The notes beneath the pieces were generated by a model. The model saw only the letters and a list, made by a program, of their open reading frames with translations, did no database searches and was not told where the DNA came from. Shown in pieces: positions 1-8,559 of a stretch of DNA of 46,309 nt. Both the position numbers and the translations under genes were made by a program. Source of the DNA: a virus (taxonomy: Duplodnaviria; Caudoviricetes); IMG/VR virus record IMGVR_UViG_3300045410_000131, positions 1-46,309 of that record. One strand, written 5' to 3'. Within the stretch, counting starts at the first letter, position 1. Each line of letters opens with the position of its first letter.

Positions 1-22
1 CCGGGGGGGCGGGCGGGCCCCC

Positions 23-122
23 CCCCTCGACTCTCTTTCCTTCCTCTGGCTTAGGCCCTTCAGGTGGAGGGGTTTCCTTTACAGGAACTTCTTCCTTTGT
101 CCCCTCTTCCTGCGCCCCTTCT
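23..122. repeat. 100-bp terminal direct repeat (copy 1); circular assembly overlap
   Basis: Identical to 46210-46309; bases 1-22 look like a degraded version of 46188-46209 (read-end noise). Confidence 0.95.
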
Positions 123-334
123 TGGGGCTCGGCCTTAGCGTCCTGCCCACCCTCGTCTTGCGACGAGGCTTCGGGGGAGGATACTTCCCCTTCCCCATCT
201 TCCCCGGAAGCCTCTCGAAAAACATCGGTCCAGTCGGAGACTACCGACTCATCTTCAACATCGCCCTCATCGTGGCGGGCCTCAGTGGGTGCGACTTCAG
301 ACCCTACCCTACCTTCCTCTTCAATCGGCGGCAT
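23..334 (-). CDS. Capsid scaffolding protein, 5' part (joins 46209..45646 across the junction; ~291 aa total)
   Basis: ATG at 334 with GGAGA upstream; frame open through the terminal repeat into ORF 45646..46155; very acidic, Pro-rich (MPPIEEEGRVGSEVAPTEARHDEGDVEDE...). Confidence 0.75.
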
Positions 335-617
335 CGGCTTTCTCCAATTCAATATCAATTGACTCTAACATGATTTTCGGCAATTCCAGTGCCTTAAGCA
401 TTCCAATTGCAGTTCCGCGGAATAGCTCCGCATCTAATGGCTCAAGTCTCGTCTCGAGCATCATCTTTCCCGTAGATACTCGCTGCTCCTCTACAAGGCT
501 CTCCAAAATCCTCCAACCCTGGCTCTCGAGAAGTGCCTCAAGTTGCTCCTTCTTCCTCTGGAGAGCAACGCTATCCGGCCTCGGCTCCTCGGGAAGAGAG
601 TCGGGGGAGCCGTTCAT
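321..617 (-). CDS. Small helical protein between portal and scaffold
   Basis: 98 aa, overlaps portal stop; position typical of podovirus head modules. Confidence 0.7.
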   Translation of the reverse strand: MNGSPDSLPEEPRPDSVALQRKKEQLEALLESQGWRILESLVEEQRVSTGKMMLETRLEPLDAELFRGTAIGMLKALELPKIMLESIDIELEKADAAD

Positions 618-2536
618 GGCGCCTGCGACGCGGTTTCTAGCCCGCTTGGCCCGACACCGACCTGTTGCGGCAGCGCCTCCCCTTGTGGCACGAGGTTGCC
701 GGACTGGAGAGCAACCTGCGCAGCGCCATCCTCGACGGTTTTAATCTTGAAGGCTCCAATGTTCTTCAACCCAGATAGTTGCGCCACCCACGAGAAGATA
801 CCGCCGATATCATACTGGGCTAGGAGCACAGGAATCTGCGTAAGCTGCACAAACAGTTCCCGCCACAGATTCGCCATCGCGAACTTATCGACGGGGAGGC
901 TCCCATCCACCGGAATGTAGTCGAAGAACCCCTGGATATCCTCCGGTCCCACGAGAACCTTGCGTTGGAGTAAACTCAAATCTCCCACGGTCCGATAGTA
1001 GCGGGACTCTTCAAGGAAGTCCTGCGAGTTCTGCACAAACATCTGCGCGAGGTCGCTCCATCCCATGGCCGAGTAGAATTCACTATTAGTTTTGAGCCGA
1101 TTCAACGCGGCGTTCGTTGTTCCACGGAACTCCGTCGCGCTCCTCCTCCCTGCGTTGCCCACCTGGCCCTGCACGGCGTCATTCACGCCGACCATACGGT
1201 TCATCAGATCCATAAAGATGGACACATCTCGAGGATGGTTAAGTGTCGGGTCGGTGGATTCGAGCCGGGCTATGGCCTCTCCAACGGGAGTCCCATACGC
1301 TGTCGGCCGGAGCCGGATGAGACCGCCAAGCTTGTTGTCAAGCAGGTCTCGGGTCTGGACCCGCGAGGGATCGAAGATAGTTTGCCCGTTCACGAGCTTC
1401 CGCACACTATACATGTGCGTGTTGACGAGCCAATCCACAACATTCTGCGGGTCACGCAGCAGCTCCGGCATTCCCCGCGCCGCCAGCACGTAGGCGTCAG
1501 GCTCATATTCGATGAGCCCAAACGGGAACTTGCCGTGAAGGCTCCCGGCCGGCCTCGCGCCGATGAGGGTGGTCATATCCTCCGTGGCCGTGAAGACCCA
1601 CTTTTCGAGCCCCTCCTGCCGCCCAAGGCCCCAATCCCGCTCGTCGAGTTCCACGAACATCTCAATAAACGGTCGGACCCGGGTGTCGCTGAGGTGGCTG
1701 AAGAGTTGGTCCTCACTCGGATACACCGTATTCGGCGAGTCGATTGGGAAGTCCCCAAACGCGCCGCCAGCGCTGCTTCGTAGTGCCTCAAGATTAAAAT
1801 ACTCCTTCTGCTTCTCCCTCTTCACGATCTGGTTCCAGCCCATCTTGACGAGCCGGCCGCAGAACTCTCCCTCCTGGAACCTATGCAACGGTAACCGGGT
1901 GTCGGGAAAGAACTCACTTGGCCGCACATTGGCAATCTTGTTACCGACATAGCCGAGCCCTCGATGTGTGAACTTTTTCTTCAGCTTCTTCCCGGTCGGC
2001 ATGTTGTTGCCGAAGAGTTCTGGCATGAAGAATTCATCAACCTCTTCGATCCGTGAAGTCTGGATGATTTCCTCTTCCCACCAGTTCATCACAACCCCAA
2101 GCCCGTATTTGCCCACGTCAAGGAGCCAAAGGTAGAACGGCACCAACATCCGCCCAACCTGAACCTGGTAGTCAATCAGCGCCTCAATCGCGTGGCTCGA
2201 TTCCTTCCCCTCCCCATGCCGGTCAAGAAATTGAAACACCGGCTGCCTCGACATGAACACACTCGTCCAGTAGGAGTGCGCGGAAAGGAGCAGCGAGTAG
2301 GTATACGGGATAACCATCGTGGTGAACTGGGGTTTTCCACTATCATCCCGAAGCGAGCGACGAACCGCATCCGCCTCTGTTTCCGGGATGTAGGCCTGGA
2401 ACATCTTCTCGGCCTTGAGGAACCGCGCATGGAGGTCCTTCATCCCTTCCCGCGAGAGGCGGTGGCGCTCCCGGAGCCGATTTAGGACCTTTCGGTGAAG
2501 CTCGGAGCCGGACCTGATCTCTAGACTTACGGGCAC
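614..2536 (-). CDS. Portal protein
   Basis: 640 aa directly after terL; YGLGVV and SATE motifs typical of P22/SU10-like portals. Confidence 0.85.
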   Translation of the reverse strand: MPVSLEIRSGSELHRKVLNRLRERHRLSREGMKDLHARFLKAEKMFQAYIPETEADAVRRSLRDDSGKPQFTTMVIPYTYSLLLSAHSYWTSVFMSRQPVFQFLDRHGEGKESSHAIEALIDYQVQVGRMLVPFYLWLLDVGKYGLGVVMNWWEEEIIQTSRIEEVDEFFMPELFGNNMPTGKKLKKKFTHRGLGYVGNKIANVRPSEFFPDTRLPLHRFQEGEFCGRLVKMGWNQIVKREKQKEYFNLEALRSSAGGAFGDFPIDSPNTVYPSEDQLFSHLSDTRVRPFIEMFVELDERDWGLGRQEGLEKWVFTATEDMTTLIGARPAGSLHGKFPFGLIEYEPDAYVLAARGMPELLRDPQNVVDWLVNTHMYSVRKLVNGQTIFDPSRVQTRDLLDNKLGGLIRLRPTAYGTPVGEAIARLESTDPTLNHPRDVSIFMDLMNRMVGVNDAVQGQVGNAGRRSATEFRGTTNAALNRLKTNSEFYSAMGWSDLAQMFVQNSQDFLEESRYYRTVGDLSLLQRKVLVGPEDIQGFFDYIPVDGSLPVDKFAMANLWRELFVQLTQIPVLLAQYDIGGIFSWVAQLSGLKNIGAFKIKTVEDGAAQVALQSGNLVPQGEALPQQVGVGPSGLETASQAP

Positions 2537-2606
2537 TTGTCGCTTCGCGACAAGGAGGAGAACCCCCCTATCAGCGCCTCACGCTGGAAACGGCTTCGCC
2601 CACCGG

Positions 2607-4142
2607 TCATGGACATAACTCCAGTCTCGTCGTGTCAAGCCTCTCAAACTCTCCATCCATCACAATCCCGTCTCCGATCTGGAAGCCCATCAGGGTCTTC
2701 AACCGTCGCGCGGCAAGAGCCGCCGCGTCTAGCACATCATCAAAGGCAGTATTTGGGTAGTCGCGGAACTGTTGGATAAAACTCGTATGCTCCTTCCTCA
2801 CCATCAGGCCGCCGTGCGAAGAGATACCACTAAACTCATCCGTGATTTTGTGGAACTTCGACCTCTTGTCTGTGATCTCATTAACGACATAGTACCGGCC
2901 TTGCTGCTTCATCGCCTGGCTTAGCAACCACGAGAGCGTGGACTGGTAAGCCGTCGCGTCCACTTCGACCGAGAGGGGCCTCCACTTCAATGCGAGCCGA
3001 AAGAATTCCTTAAGCGTCACATCCGGCTCGTGCCCCTTTCCCTCGAAATATTCCAGAACTATAAGAAAATTTTTCCAGAGCCCCATGACAAAAATTACCT
3101 CATAGTCCTTATCGTGGAGCCCGGTCTGAATCTGCCGCTCGGTCGGCTTCGGCACCGGGTCGATTCCGATACACGTAATCATCTCCTCCCGCGGCGGAAC
3201 CAGTTCATAGAACCGCAGCCAATTCATATCGAAACTGCACGTCTCGGGAGCGATGATGCGCACTTCTTTTTCGCGATACCAAATAGAACTCCTCTTCTCC
3301 GCCAGTGCCGCTTTCTTTTCGCGTCGAAGAGTTTCCGATGGGAACCGTTCCGGCCACCGGGATTCCTGCCGGTCAACATTCGGCTCATTTTGCGTCTCGT
3401 CCGTCCAGCACGAGAACCTCTCTGTCATCCACAAAGACGACTCAGAAGCTTTCATGGACACATCTTCGAGGTGTTGGGGCGTATTCAACATAGCAAGCGT
3501 TGCATAAGGCGCTTCCGTCTCCGGCGCTAGAGAATAGTAAATTGCCCCCATAATGAGTTCTTCTTGCTTCTTCCGCTCGGCTGGACTGGCCGCCGTCTCA
3601 CGAACTACGTCATCCACGATGATGAGGTCCGGACGCCAATCGTCAAGATTAATTCCTCTCACACTTCCCTCGTACCCGAGCGCAAGGAGCCAAATACTTG
3701 TCCGTGGCGCATCACTTCCGGGACAGCGTTGCACGATCTCCACCTCGGTCCCCAGCCACTTCGAGCCCTTGGAGAGCCCAAACGTCTGAGCCCACGGCCG
3801 GTTGAACTCCACTTGGCGCCGAATCCAGTCGACGCTTCGAATAGAATGCGGTTCACTCGGCCCGAGCCAAAGAATGGTGTGGCTCTGCGAATAGGCTATC
3901 CGGCGCGACGTGAAGAGGCGCAGAAGGGAAGTCTTCCCCCCTTCACGGTATACCAGGAGGTTAACGTATCTCGCGCCGGATAGAGTATCCCAAATCCGGG
4001 TGTGGAACTGCGGCGAGGCTTGCCGACACGTTCGTGGGAAAAAATTCCGCGCGTAGAAGGAGCCGTCAACGGCTCCAAGATTCACCACCTCTTCGAGAGG
4101 AAGACTGACGCTGACGCCAGGGGCGGGAGAGGGAGCGCTCAA
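2607..4142 (-). CDS. terL: Terminase large subunit
   Basis: Walker A YREGGKTS, RGINLDDWRPDLIIVDD Walker B, nuclease IGIDP...DY and C-terminal DDVLDA. Confidence 0.92.
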   Translation of the reverse strand: MSAPSPAPGVSVSLPLEEVVNLGAVDGSFYARNFFPRTCRQASPQFHTRIWDTLSGARYVNLLVYREGGKTSLLRLFTSRRIAYSQSHTILWLGPSEPHSIRSVDWIRRQVEFNRPWAQTFGLSKGSKWLGTEVEIVQRCPGSDAPRTSIWLLALGYEGSVRGINLDDWRPDLIIVDDVVRETAASPAERKKQEELIMGAIYYSLAPETEAPYATLAMLNTPQHLEDVSMKASESSLWMTERFSCWTDETQNEPNVDRQESRWPERFPSETLRREKKAALAEKRSSIWYREKEVRIIAPETCSFDMNWLRFYELVPPREEMITCIGIDPVPKPTERQIQTGLHDKDYEVIFVMGLWKNFLIVLEYFEGKGHEPDVTLKEFFRLALKWRPLSVEVDATAYQSTLSWLLSQAMKQQGRYYVVNEITDKRSKFHKITDEFSGISSHGGLMVRKEHTSFIQQFRDYPNTAFDDVLDAAALAARRLKTLMGFQIGDGIVMDGEFERLDTTRLELCP

Positions 4143-4456
4143 GGTAAATCTCCCCTGACGCCTTTGGCGTCAGTGCAGAGGTCTTTCGGAACCCCATTGC
4201 GGAAATAGCCGAGCACCGCCTCCAACGCGGCGCCTGCCCGATAGGCGCTCTCAATCACGTCCCCACAATCGGCACCTGCGGTGCCGATGCACCGGCGCGC
4301 GAGGAGATACTTGTCCGCGTAGTCGTCTGTCGCGTGGAAGAGAGCATCGACGATTGCCTGGTGGGTAGGGTTGTCCACACAATCGTTGCCGAGGGCAACG
4401 ATGAGGGGGAGAAGGAAAACGATGCTATACACTGTGACGGCCCGGGCAAGGATCAC
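4139..4456 (-). CDS. Small exported Cys-containing protein
   Basis: N-terminal hydrophobic signal-like stretch, 4 Cys; coupled to terL start. Confidence 0.55.
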   Translation of the reverse strand: MILARAVTVYSIVFLLPLIVALGNDCVDNPTHQAIVDALFHATDDYADKYLLARRCIGTAGADCGDVIESAYRAGAALEAVLGYFRNGVPKDLCTDAKGVRGDLP

Positions 4457-5048
4457 CGGGAGAGAGCGACGACCCCGATGGCTGTTCTAGTGTAGAGAGC
4501 GTGTCCCTCCTCCACCAAGGAATCACCGGCAGGACGCCCTGCGCGACCCGCTGGATGTTATCGATAATCGCGAGGCCTTGGAGGGTTATTGGCATCGGGA
4601 AACCCATCATCGGGTCGTAATGTTTGACGATGAGCACCGCTCGCGGCTTGTTGCGGAAAAGCGCCTCTCCAACCTTCAGATAAGTTTCAATCTGCTCACA
4701 GACCTCTGGGATATTACGAATCTTAATCTCCACAATGACGAGGCAACTCCCTCCAGTGATGAGGCCGTCTGGCTGGCAGGAGCCCCACCCCATCTCGTCC
4801 CGAAAGCGGAAAGCGGGCTGCGGCACCCACCGGCCGCGATAGAGCCGCTTAAGTTCCCTTTCTACTTCCTTCTCAAGCCGGGTCCCAGACCGGAAGCTCG
4901 CCTTCCCTGTCGCTTCGCAACGGGTCGCGTCGGAATTCAACCACTTCGCCTCTAGGACTTTCCCACTTATCTTTCTCCGGAAGGAAAGTGTCGGGCGCAT
5001 CGCTCCGCGATGCGAGCCTGTCGCGTGCTTGTCTAAGAGTGTTTGCAT
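4425..5048 (-). CDS. PD-(D/E)XK-family endonuclease (true start probably downstream of 5048)
   Basis: G..LE..V...QPDG...VEIK motif; lies between terS and terL. Confidence 0.65.
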   Translation of the reverse strand: MQTLLDKHATGSHRGAMRPTLSFRRKISGKVLEAKWLNSDATRCEATGKASFRSGTRLEKEVERELKRLYRGRWVPQPAFRFRDEMGWGSCQPDGLITGGSCLVIVEIKIRNIPEVCEQIETYLKVGEALFRNKPRAVLIVKHYDPMMGFPMPITLQGLAIIDNIQRVAQGVLPVIPWWRRDTLSTLEQPSGSSLSPGDPCPGRHSV

Positions 5049-5457
5049 CTACTGTCAGATAGTTGTTGGTAATGGTTGTCGCGCCCTGCCCGACGCCATT
5101 TTTTCCGCCGTAGCCGAGCATCGAGAGGGCCGTTTCCGCCGCGGAAAGGCCGGCAGAGAGCGTGAGTTTATCCGCCTCCTCGAGGAGTTTCTTTTCCGCA
5201 ATATCGAGACCCGCGTGCCCAATCGCCTGTAGCCGGTCCACGAGGGTCACGTCGAGGATCTCCTCCATCTTCGCCAGCCGTTCGCGATAGGCGGCCTTGA
5301 AGGTATCGCTATTCGTGAGCGTGTACATCCAGCTCACGGTGCAGCCGAAGTGTCGCGCGCACTCGATCTTCGTTTGCCGTGGATTCGAGAGCAGCCAATC
5401 AATGACATGGCGATGCCACCATTTGAGGTCTCTGATCGGTTCGAGGGCGCTGGACAT
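4873..5457 (-). CDS. terS: Probable terminase small subunit
   Basis: N-terminal HTH-like segment (TKIECARHFGCTVSWMYTL), helical body, first gene of packaging arm; start reassigned to ATG 5457. Confidence 0.6.
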   Translation of the reverse strand: MSSALEPIRDLKWWHRHVIDWLLSNPRQTKIECARHFGCTVSWMYTLTNSDTFKAAYRERLAKMEEILDVTLVDRLQAIGHAGLDIAEKKLLEEADKLTLSAGLSAAETALSMLGYGGKNGVGQGATTITNNYLTVDANTLRQARDRLASRSDAPDTFLPEKDKWESPRGEVVEFRRDPLRSDREGELPVWDPA

Positions 5458-5536
5458 TGAGAGTTCGCGTTTCCGGCGCAAAGCGCCGGGGGCTTTGCCA
5501 GTTAGACCGCCAAAGGCGGCCAAGGGTTCCGTCGGG

Positions 5537-5588
5537 TTGGCACGATTTTTTCGCGGGCTTTGCCCACGAATTGGCATGATTTTTTCGC
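5537..5588 (+). repeat. 18-bp direct repeat TTGGCAYGATTTTTTCGC x2 enclosing an imperfect hairpin
   Basis: Copies at 5537-5554 and 5571-5588. Confidence 0.9.
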
Positions 5589-5602
5589 CGTGAAGCGGCG
5601 AT

Positions 5603-5633
5603 TGGTCAATTTTGAACGGTCATAAGTGATCAA
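5603..5633 (-). promoter_or_regulatory. Conserved palindromic operator-like box (copy 1)
   Basis: Minus strand TGATCACTTATGACCGTTCAAAATTGACCA, matches copies at 9175, 15899 and 38996. Confidence 0.7.
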
Positions 5634-5795
5634 TCCTATAAATTCTCTGGGGTACCAAATAGCCAATTCAAAAACACCATAAATCCTCCGAGATAAGTGA
5701 TCATTTCAAGAATATCATAAATTCTCCGAGATACCTTAGATAAAGGACTCCCCCACCCCTTCGGGGGGCCAGGCCGGGTAGGTGAAACGAGGGGC

Positions 5796-5824
5796 TTGAC
5801 ACTGGAGCGGAAAGGTGGTATACT
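5796..5824 (+). promoter_or_regulatory. Sigma70-type early promoter P1
   Basis: TTGACA-17 bp-TATACT with extended -10 TG. Confidence 0.9.
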
Positions 5825-5892
5825 GGTTCCTTCAAGTGGAGATGCGCAAGGCGCACGCCCACACGCTCTTTACACAACCAGGAGAGAACACT

Positions 5893-6330
5893 ATGAAGCG
5901 TAAGCTTGACCTTAAGCCGCTGCGTGCGGCACTAGCGTGGACTGTGGTGGTAGGACTCTTGTACCTGAGCCTGGGACACTTGGTCCAAGGGATTCAGGAG
6001 ACGACAGGGGCAGCGTGGCCAGAGGCCCTCGCGATGGCGATAGGACTGGACCTGACCATGGTAGTGTGCGAACTCTACATGTTAAGCGGGCACCCAAGTC
6101 GCTGGAACCTAGGGCTACTAGTCGCCGTGTGTGTACTGAGTGCCACCTACAACGTCCTAGGGTTCCTCAAGGAGACTAGCGTTGTATGGCTAGCCTGGAG
6201 CCTAGGGATTCTAGTCCCGACAATCGTGTACGGACTGGTCCAGGTAGTCAACGGGGCGCAGAGGACGCCGCGCGTGGCAAGGCCGCGCAAGGCCCGCCGC
6301 CGGACCGCAACACTACGCCGCATCGCATAG
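5893..6330 (+). CDS. Early 4-TM membrane protein with basic tail (DUF2637-like?)
   Basis: AGGAG RBS then ATG 5893; four hydrophobic segments; Arg-rich C-terminus. Confidence 0.75.
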   Translation: MKRKLDLKPLRAALAWTVVVGLLYLSLGHLVQGIQETTGAAWPEALAMAIGLDLTMVVCELYMLSGHPSRWNLGLLVAVCVLSATYNVLGFLKETSVVWLAWSLGILVPTIVYGLVQVVNGAQRTPRVARPRKARRRTATLRRIA

Positions 6331-6347
6331 GACTTTTCCACCGCATT

Positions 6348-6376
6348 GGGCGCCCCCGTGACGCCCTTTTTTTTTT
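6348..6376 (+). terminator. Intrinsic terminator
   Basis: GGGCG...CGCCC stem followed by T10. Confidence 0.7.
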
Positions 6377-6389
6377 GGCTTCGCCTCTC

Positions 6390-6418
6390 TTGCATTCCCC
6401 AGCCCGATGTGGTATAAT
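6390..6418 (+). promoter_or_regulatory. Sigma70-type early promoter P2
   Basis: TTGCAT-17 bp-TATAAT with extended -10 TG. Confidence 0.85.
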
Positions 6419-6493
6419 GACACTTCGAAAAGGGAACGGCGCTTCGCCGTACCCGCGTGTTCTTTAACTAACCCAAACCTTAGGAGATACCTA

Positions 6494-7042
6494 GTGAAAC
6501 TAGTACGATGCTATAGCAACGGCAAAGAAACCGCTAACGGCGCCGGTCTGGACACCACATCCGCGTGGTTCGAACTGCGCAACAGTGAGGGCAAAACCCT
6601 CTGGACGGGAACTAAGATGGAGGTAAGCAACTTTCCCAAACCGGTTGGAATCGCGATGATGTTTCATGGAGTGATGGCAAAAGTCGGCGACGGCGTTAGC
6701 GGACTGACCAAGACCGGCACCAAAGAGGAAATCGCCGGGGAGCTAGAAGGAAGGATAAAGCGCCTTACGGAGGGCACTTTATCCCCACCGCGAACCGTTG
6801 GTGGCGGCGGTAGCCCGAAGCTGACGCTCATCCTGGCACGCGCCATAGTCAACGTCGCGAAAGCGGCAGGGAAGACAGTCTCACCGGAAAAGGCCAAGGC
6901 AGTTGTCGAATCCTGGGACATGAAGACCCGGAACGCGAACTTGAAGGGATGCGCCGAGCTACGCAAGGAATACGAAGCGTTGCGCGCGGCATCCGAGCCG
7001 GCACCAACCGCGACGATAAGCGTTGCTGACCTTTTGAAGTAA
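6494..7042 (+). CDS. Early hypothetical protein
   Basis: AGGAG RBS, GTG 6494; bracketed by promoter P2 and terminator. Confidence 0.8.
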   Translation: MKLVRCYSNGKETANGAGLDTTSAWFELRNSEGKTLWTGTKMEVSNFPKPVGIAMMFHGVMAKVGDGVSGLTKTGTKEEIAGELEGRIKRLTEGTLSPPRTVGGGGSPKLTLILARAIVNVAKAAGKTVSPEKAKAVVESWDMKTRNANLKGCAELRKEYEALRAASEPAPTATISVADLLK

Positions 7043-7065
7043 GTCGCTTCGCGGAGGAATCACAG

Positions 7066-7091
7066 GGGAGCCTAAGGGCTCCCTTTTTTTT
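7066..7091 (+). terminator. Intrinsic terminator
   Basis: GGGAGCC-TAAG-GGCTCCC then T8. Confidence 0.88.
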
Positions 7092-7106
7092 GGCTTCGCG
7101 CCACGG

Positions 7107-7122
7107 GCAAGGCCCGTGCCAA
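7107..7122 (-). promoter_or_regulatory. Sigma54 (-24/-12) consensus match
   Basis: TTGGCACGGGCCTTGC = TGGCACG-N4-TTGC; overlaps a triloop hairpin. Confidence 0.35.
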
Positions 7123-7159
7123 GGTGCGAGCTGGCACGCTTCTTGACCCGGAAAGGGCA

Positions 7160-7175
7160 CTGTGGATGCGTACAG
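7160..7175. promoter_or_regulatory. LexA SOS-box match
   Basis: CTGT-GGATGCGT-ACAG flanked by A and TA, in non-coding DNA. Confidence 0.45.
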
Positions 7176-7543
7176 TACTGTACAAAAAAGACTGTTCATC
7201 CCCACCACCGCCGTCTAAATATTAACCACTTGCCCCCAGCATGCCCTTTTCTTACCCCTGGAAGGGTTCATGCCCGGGATGAAGCAATGTTCGGGCCAAG
7301 TATATTCTGGGCCTGACCAAGCGGTCAGGACACCGGCGCTTCCGCCCCACAACCGAAAACCGGCCACTACCGCCCCCCAAAAACCCGTCTAGCGCTTCCT
7401 ACAACCGGCCTAGAATCGACTTTCCCCCTTAACCCGCCCCTACCCTACTGCCCTGCCCCCATTCGCCACGCCACGCCCCACACAACGCGAAATCGGCGCC
7501 CACCGCCCACCGCCACCACACCCCGCCCACCGCCACGCCCACG

Positions 7544-7609
7544 CCACACACGCGCGCACGCACGCGTAGAATGAATCCCACACACGCGCGCACGCACGCG
7601 TAGAATGAA
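7544..7609 (+). repeat. 32-bp direct repeat CCACACACGCGCGCACGCACGCGTAGAATGAA x2
   Basis: Copies at 7544-7575 and 7578-7609 in a C/A-skewed non-coding region. Confidence 0.9.
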
Positions 7610-7996
7610 ATCCGGCCAAATGTTTCCCCCCTTATACCCCCTTTCAACGTATTATCGCGTGCGCGTCGGAACACAGCCAGAGCGTTGTGTTTCCGTGCGC
7701 GGGAGAGAAAAAGAAAAAAAAAGAGCGCGAAGCGCGGACGCGGAGCGCGAACGCGAATCTGGGGGGGAAAGTCGTGTACGCACACACGCGCGACTTAGCC
7801 CGCCGGGCTTCGCGCGGCACCCACGCCATTACCCCAACAGTGTCTTACACAGGAATCGCTTCGCGCCCCGCCCGGCCTTTCCCGGCACCCACAATAGTAT
7901 TCTTTCACTACCCAAACCGCTTCACACATCTAACCCATTGATTCGCATCGCTTCCCGATTCGCGAACAAAACAAACCCGCGAACAAACCCGCCCCT

Positions 7997-8025
7997 TTCC
8001 AGCGCCCCTTTACCTATGATATAAT
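7997..8025 (+). promoter_or_regulatory. Sigma70-type promoter P3
   Basis: TTCCAG-17 bp-TATAAT with TG; downstream CACTTCGAAA shared with P2. Confidence 0.7.
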
Positions 8026-8091
8026 AGCCACTTCGAAAGACGCTTAGGAACACGCGGACGCGGAGCGCGTCCGCGAACTTTTACCCGCACC

Positions 8092-8559
8092 ATGAGAACC
8101 ACCACCATGAACCCAATCCTCCGCCTCTTCACCGCCGCCCTCCGCGCCCCGATCACCCTTCACTTCCCCACTCGCAACCGAGCACACAAAGCGCGCCTTC
8201 GCCTCTACGCCCACCGAAAAGCGAGGGCGCAAACACACCCCGAATTCCAATGCGTTTCCATCTCCCGCTACGAAGCGTCGCAAAGCGACGCAGAAGGCGA
8301 ATTGTGGTCCTTTACCCTCTCCCCAAAGAACGCCTCCCCCACAGAAGAGTCGCTTCGTGGGGCAATCGAAGCGGCACTCGGGGAAGAGGGAGAGCCGCTT
8401 TACGGGCCGCTTCCCGGCGCGGAGTGTAGCTACTACCAGGATGAAGAGGACCGTGAGTGCGAAAGCGAGGAAAGTGCGGACCCTGAGCGCGAGGAGCGCT
8501 CCTGGAGGTCTGGATGGTTTGAACCATCGCGGGCTTTGCCCGCGAAAGGAGAATCCTAA
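8092..8559 (+). CDS. Hypothetical protein, acidic C-terminus
   Basis: First ORF after P3, coupled to next gene. Confidence 0.6.
   Translation: MRTTTMNPILRLFTAALRAPITLHFPTRNRAHKARLRLYAHRKARAQTHPEFQCVSISRYEASQSDAEGELWSFTLSPKNASPTEESLRGAIEAALGEEGEPLYGPLPGAECSYYQDEEDRECESEESADPEREERSWRSGWFEPSRALPAKGES

Noticed and set aside
1-22. G/C-run at the very start suggesting a special terminus
   Set aside because: Partially matches 46188-46209; best explained as low-quality read end
23-122. Terminal repeat as a biological DTR
   Set aside because: Exactly 100 bp and in the middle of the scaffold gene; more likely assembler overlap
7429-8024. ORFs in the low-complexity region
   Set aside because: Translations reflect simple repeats and lack RBS
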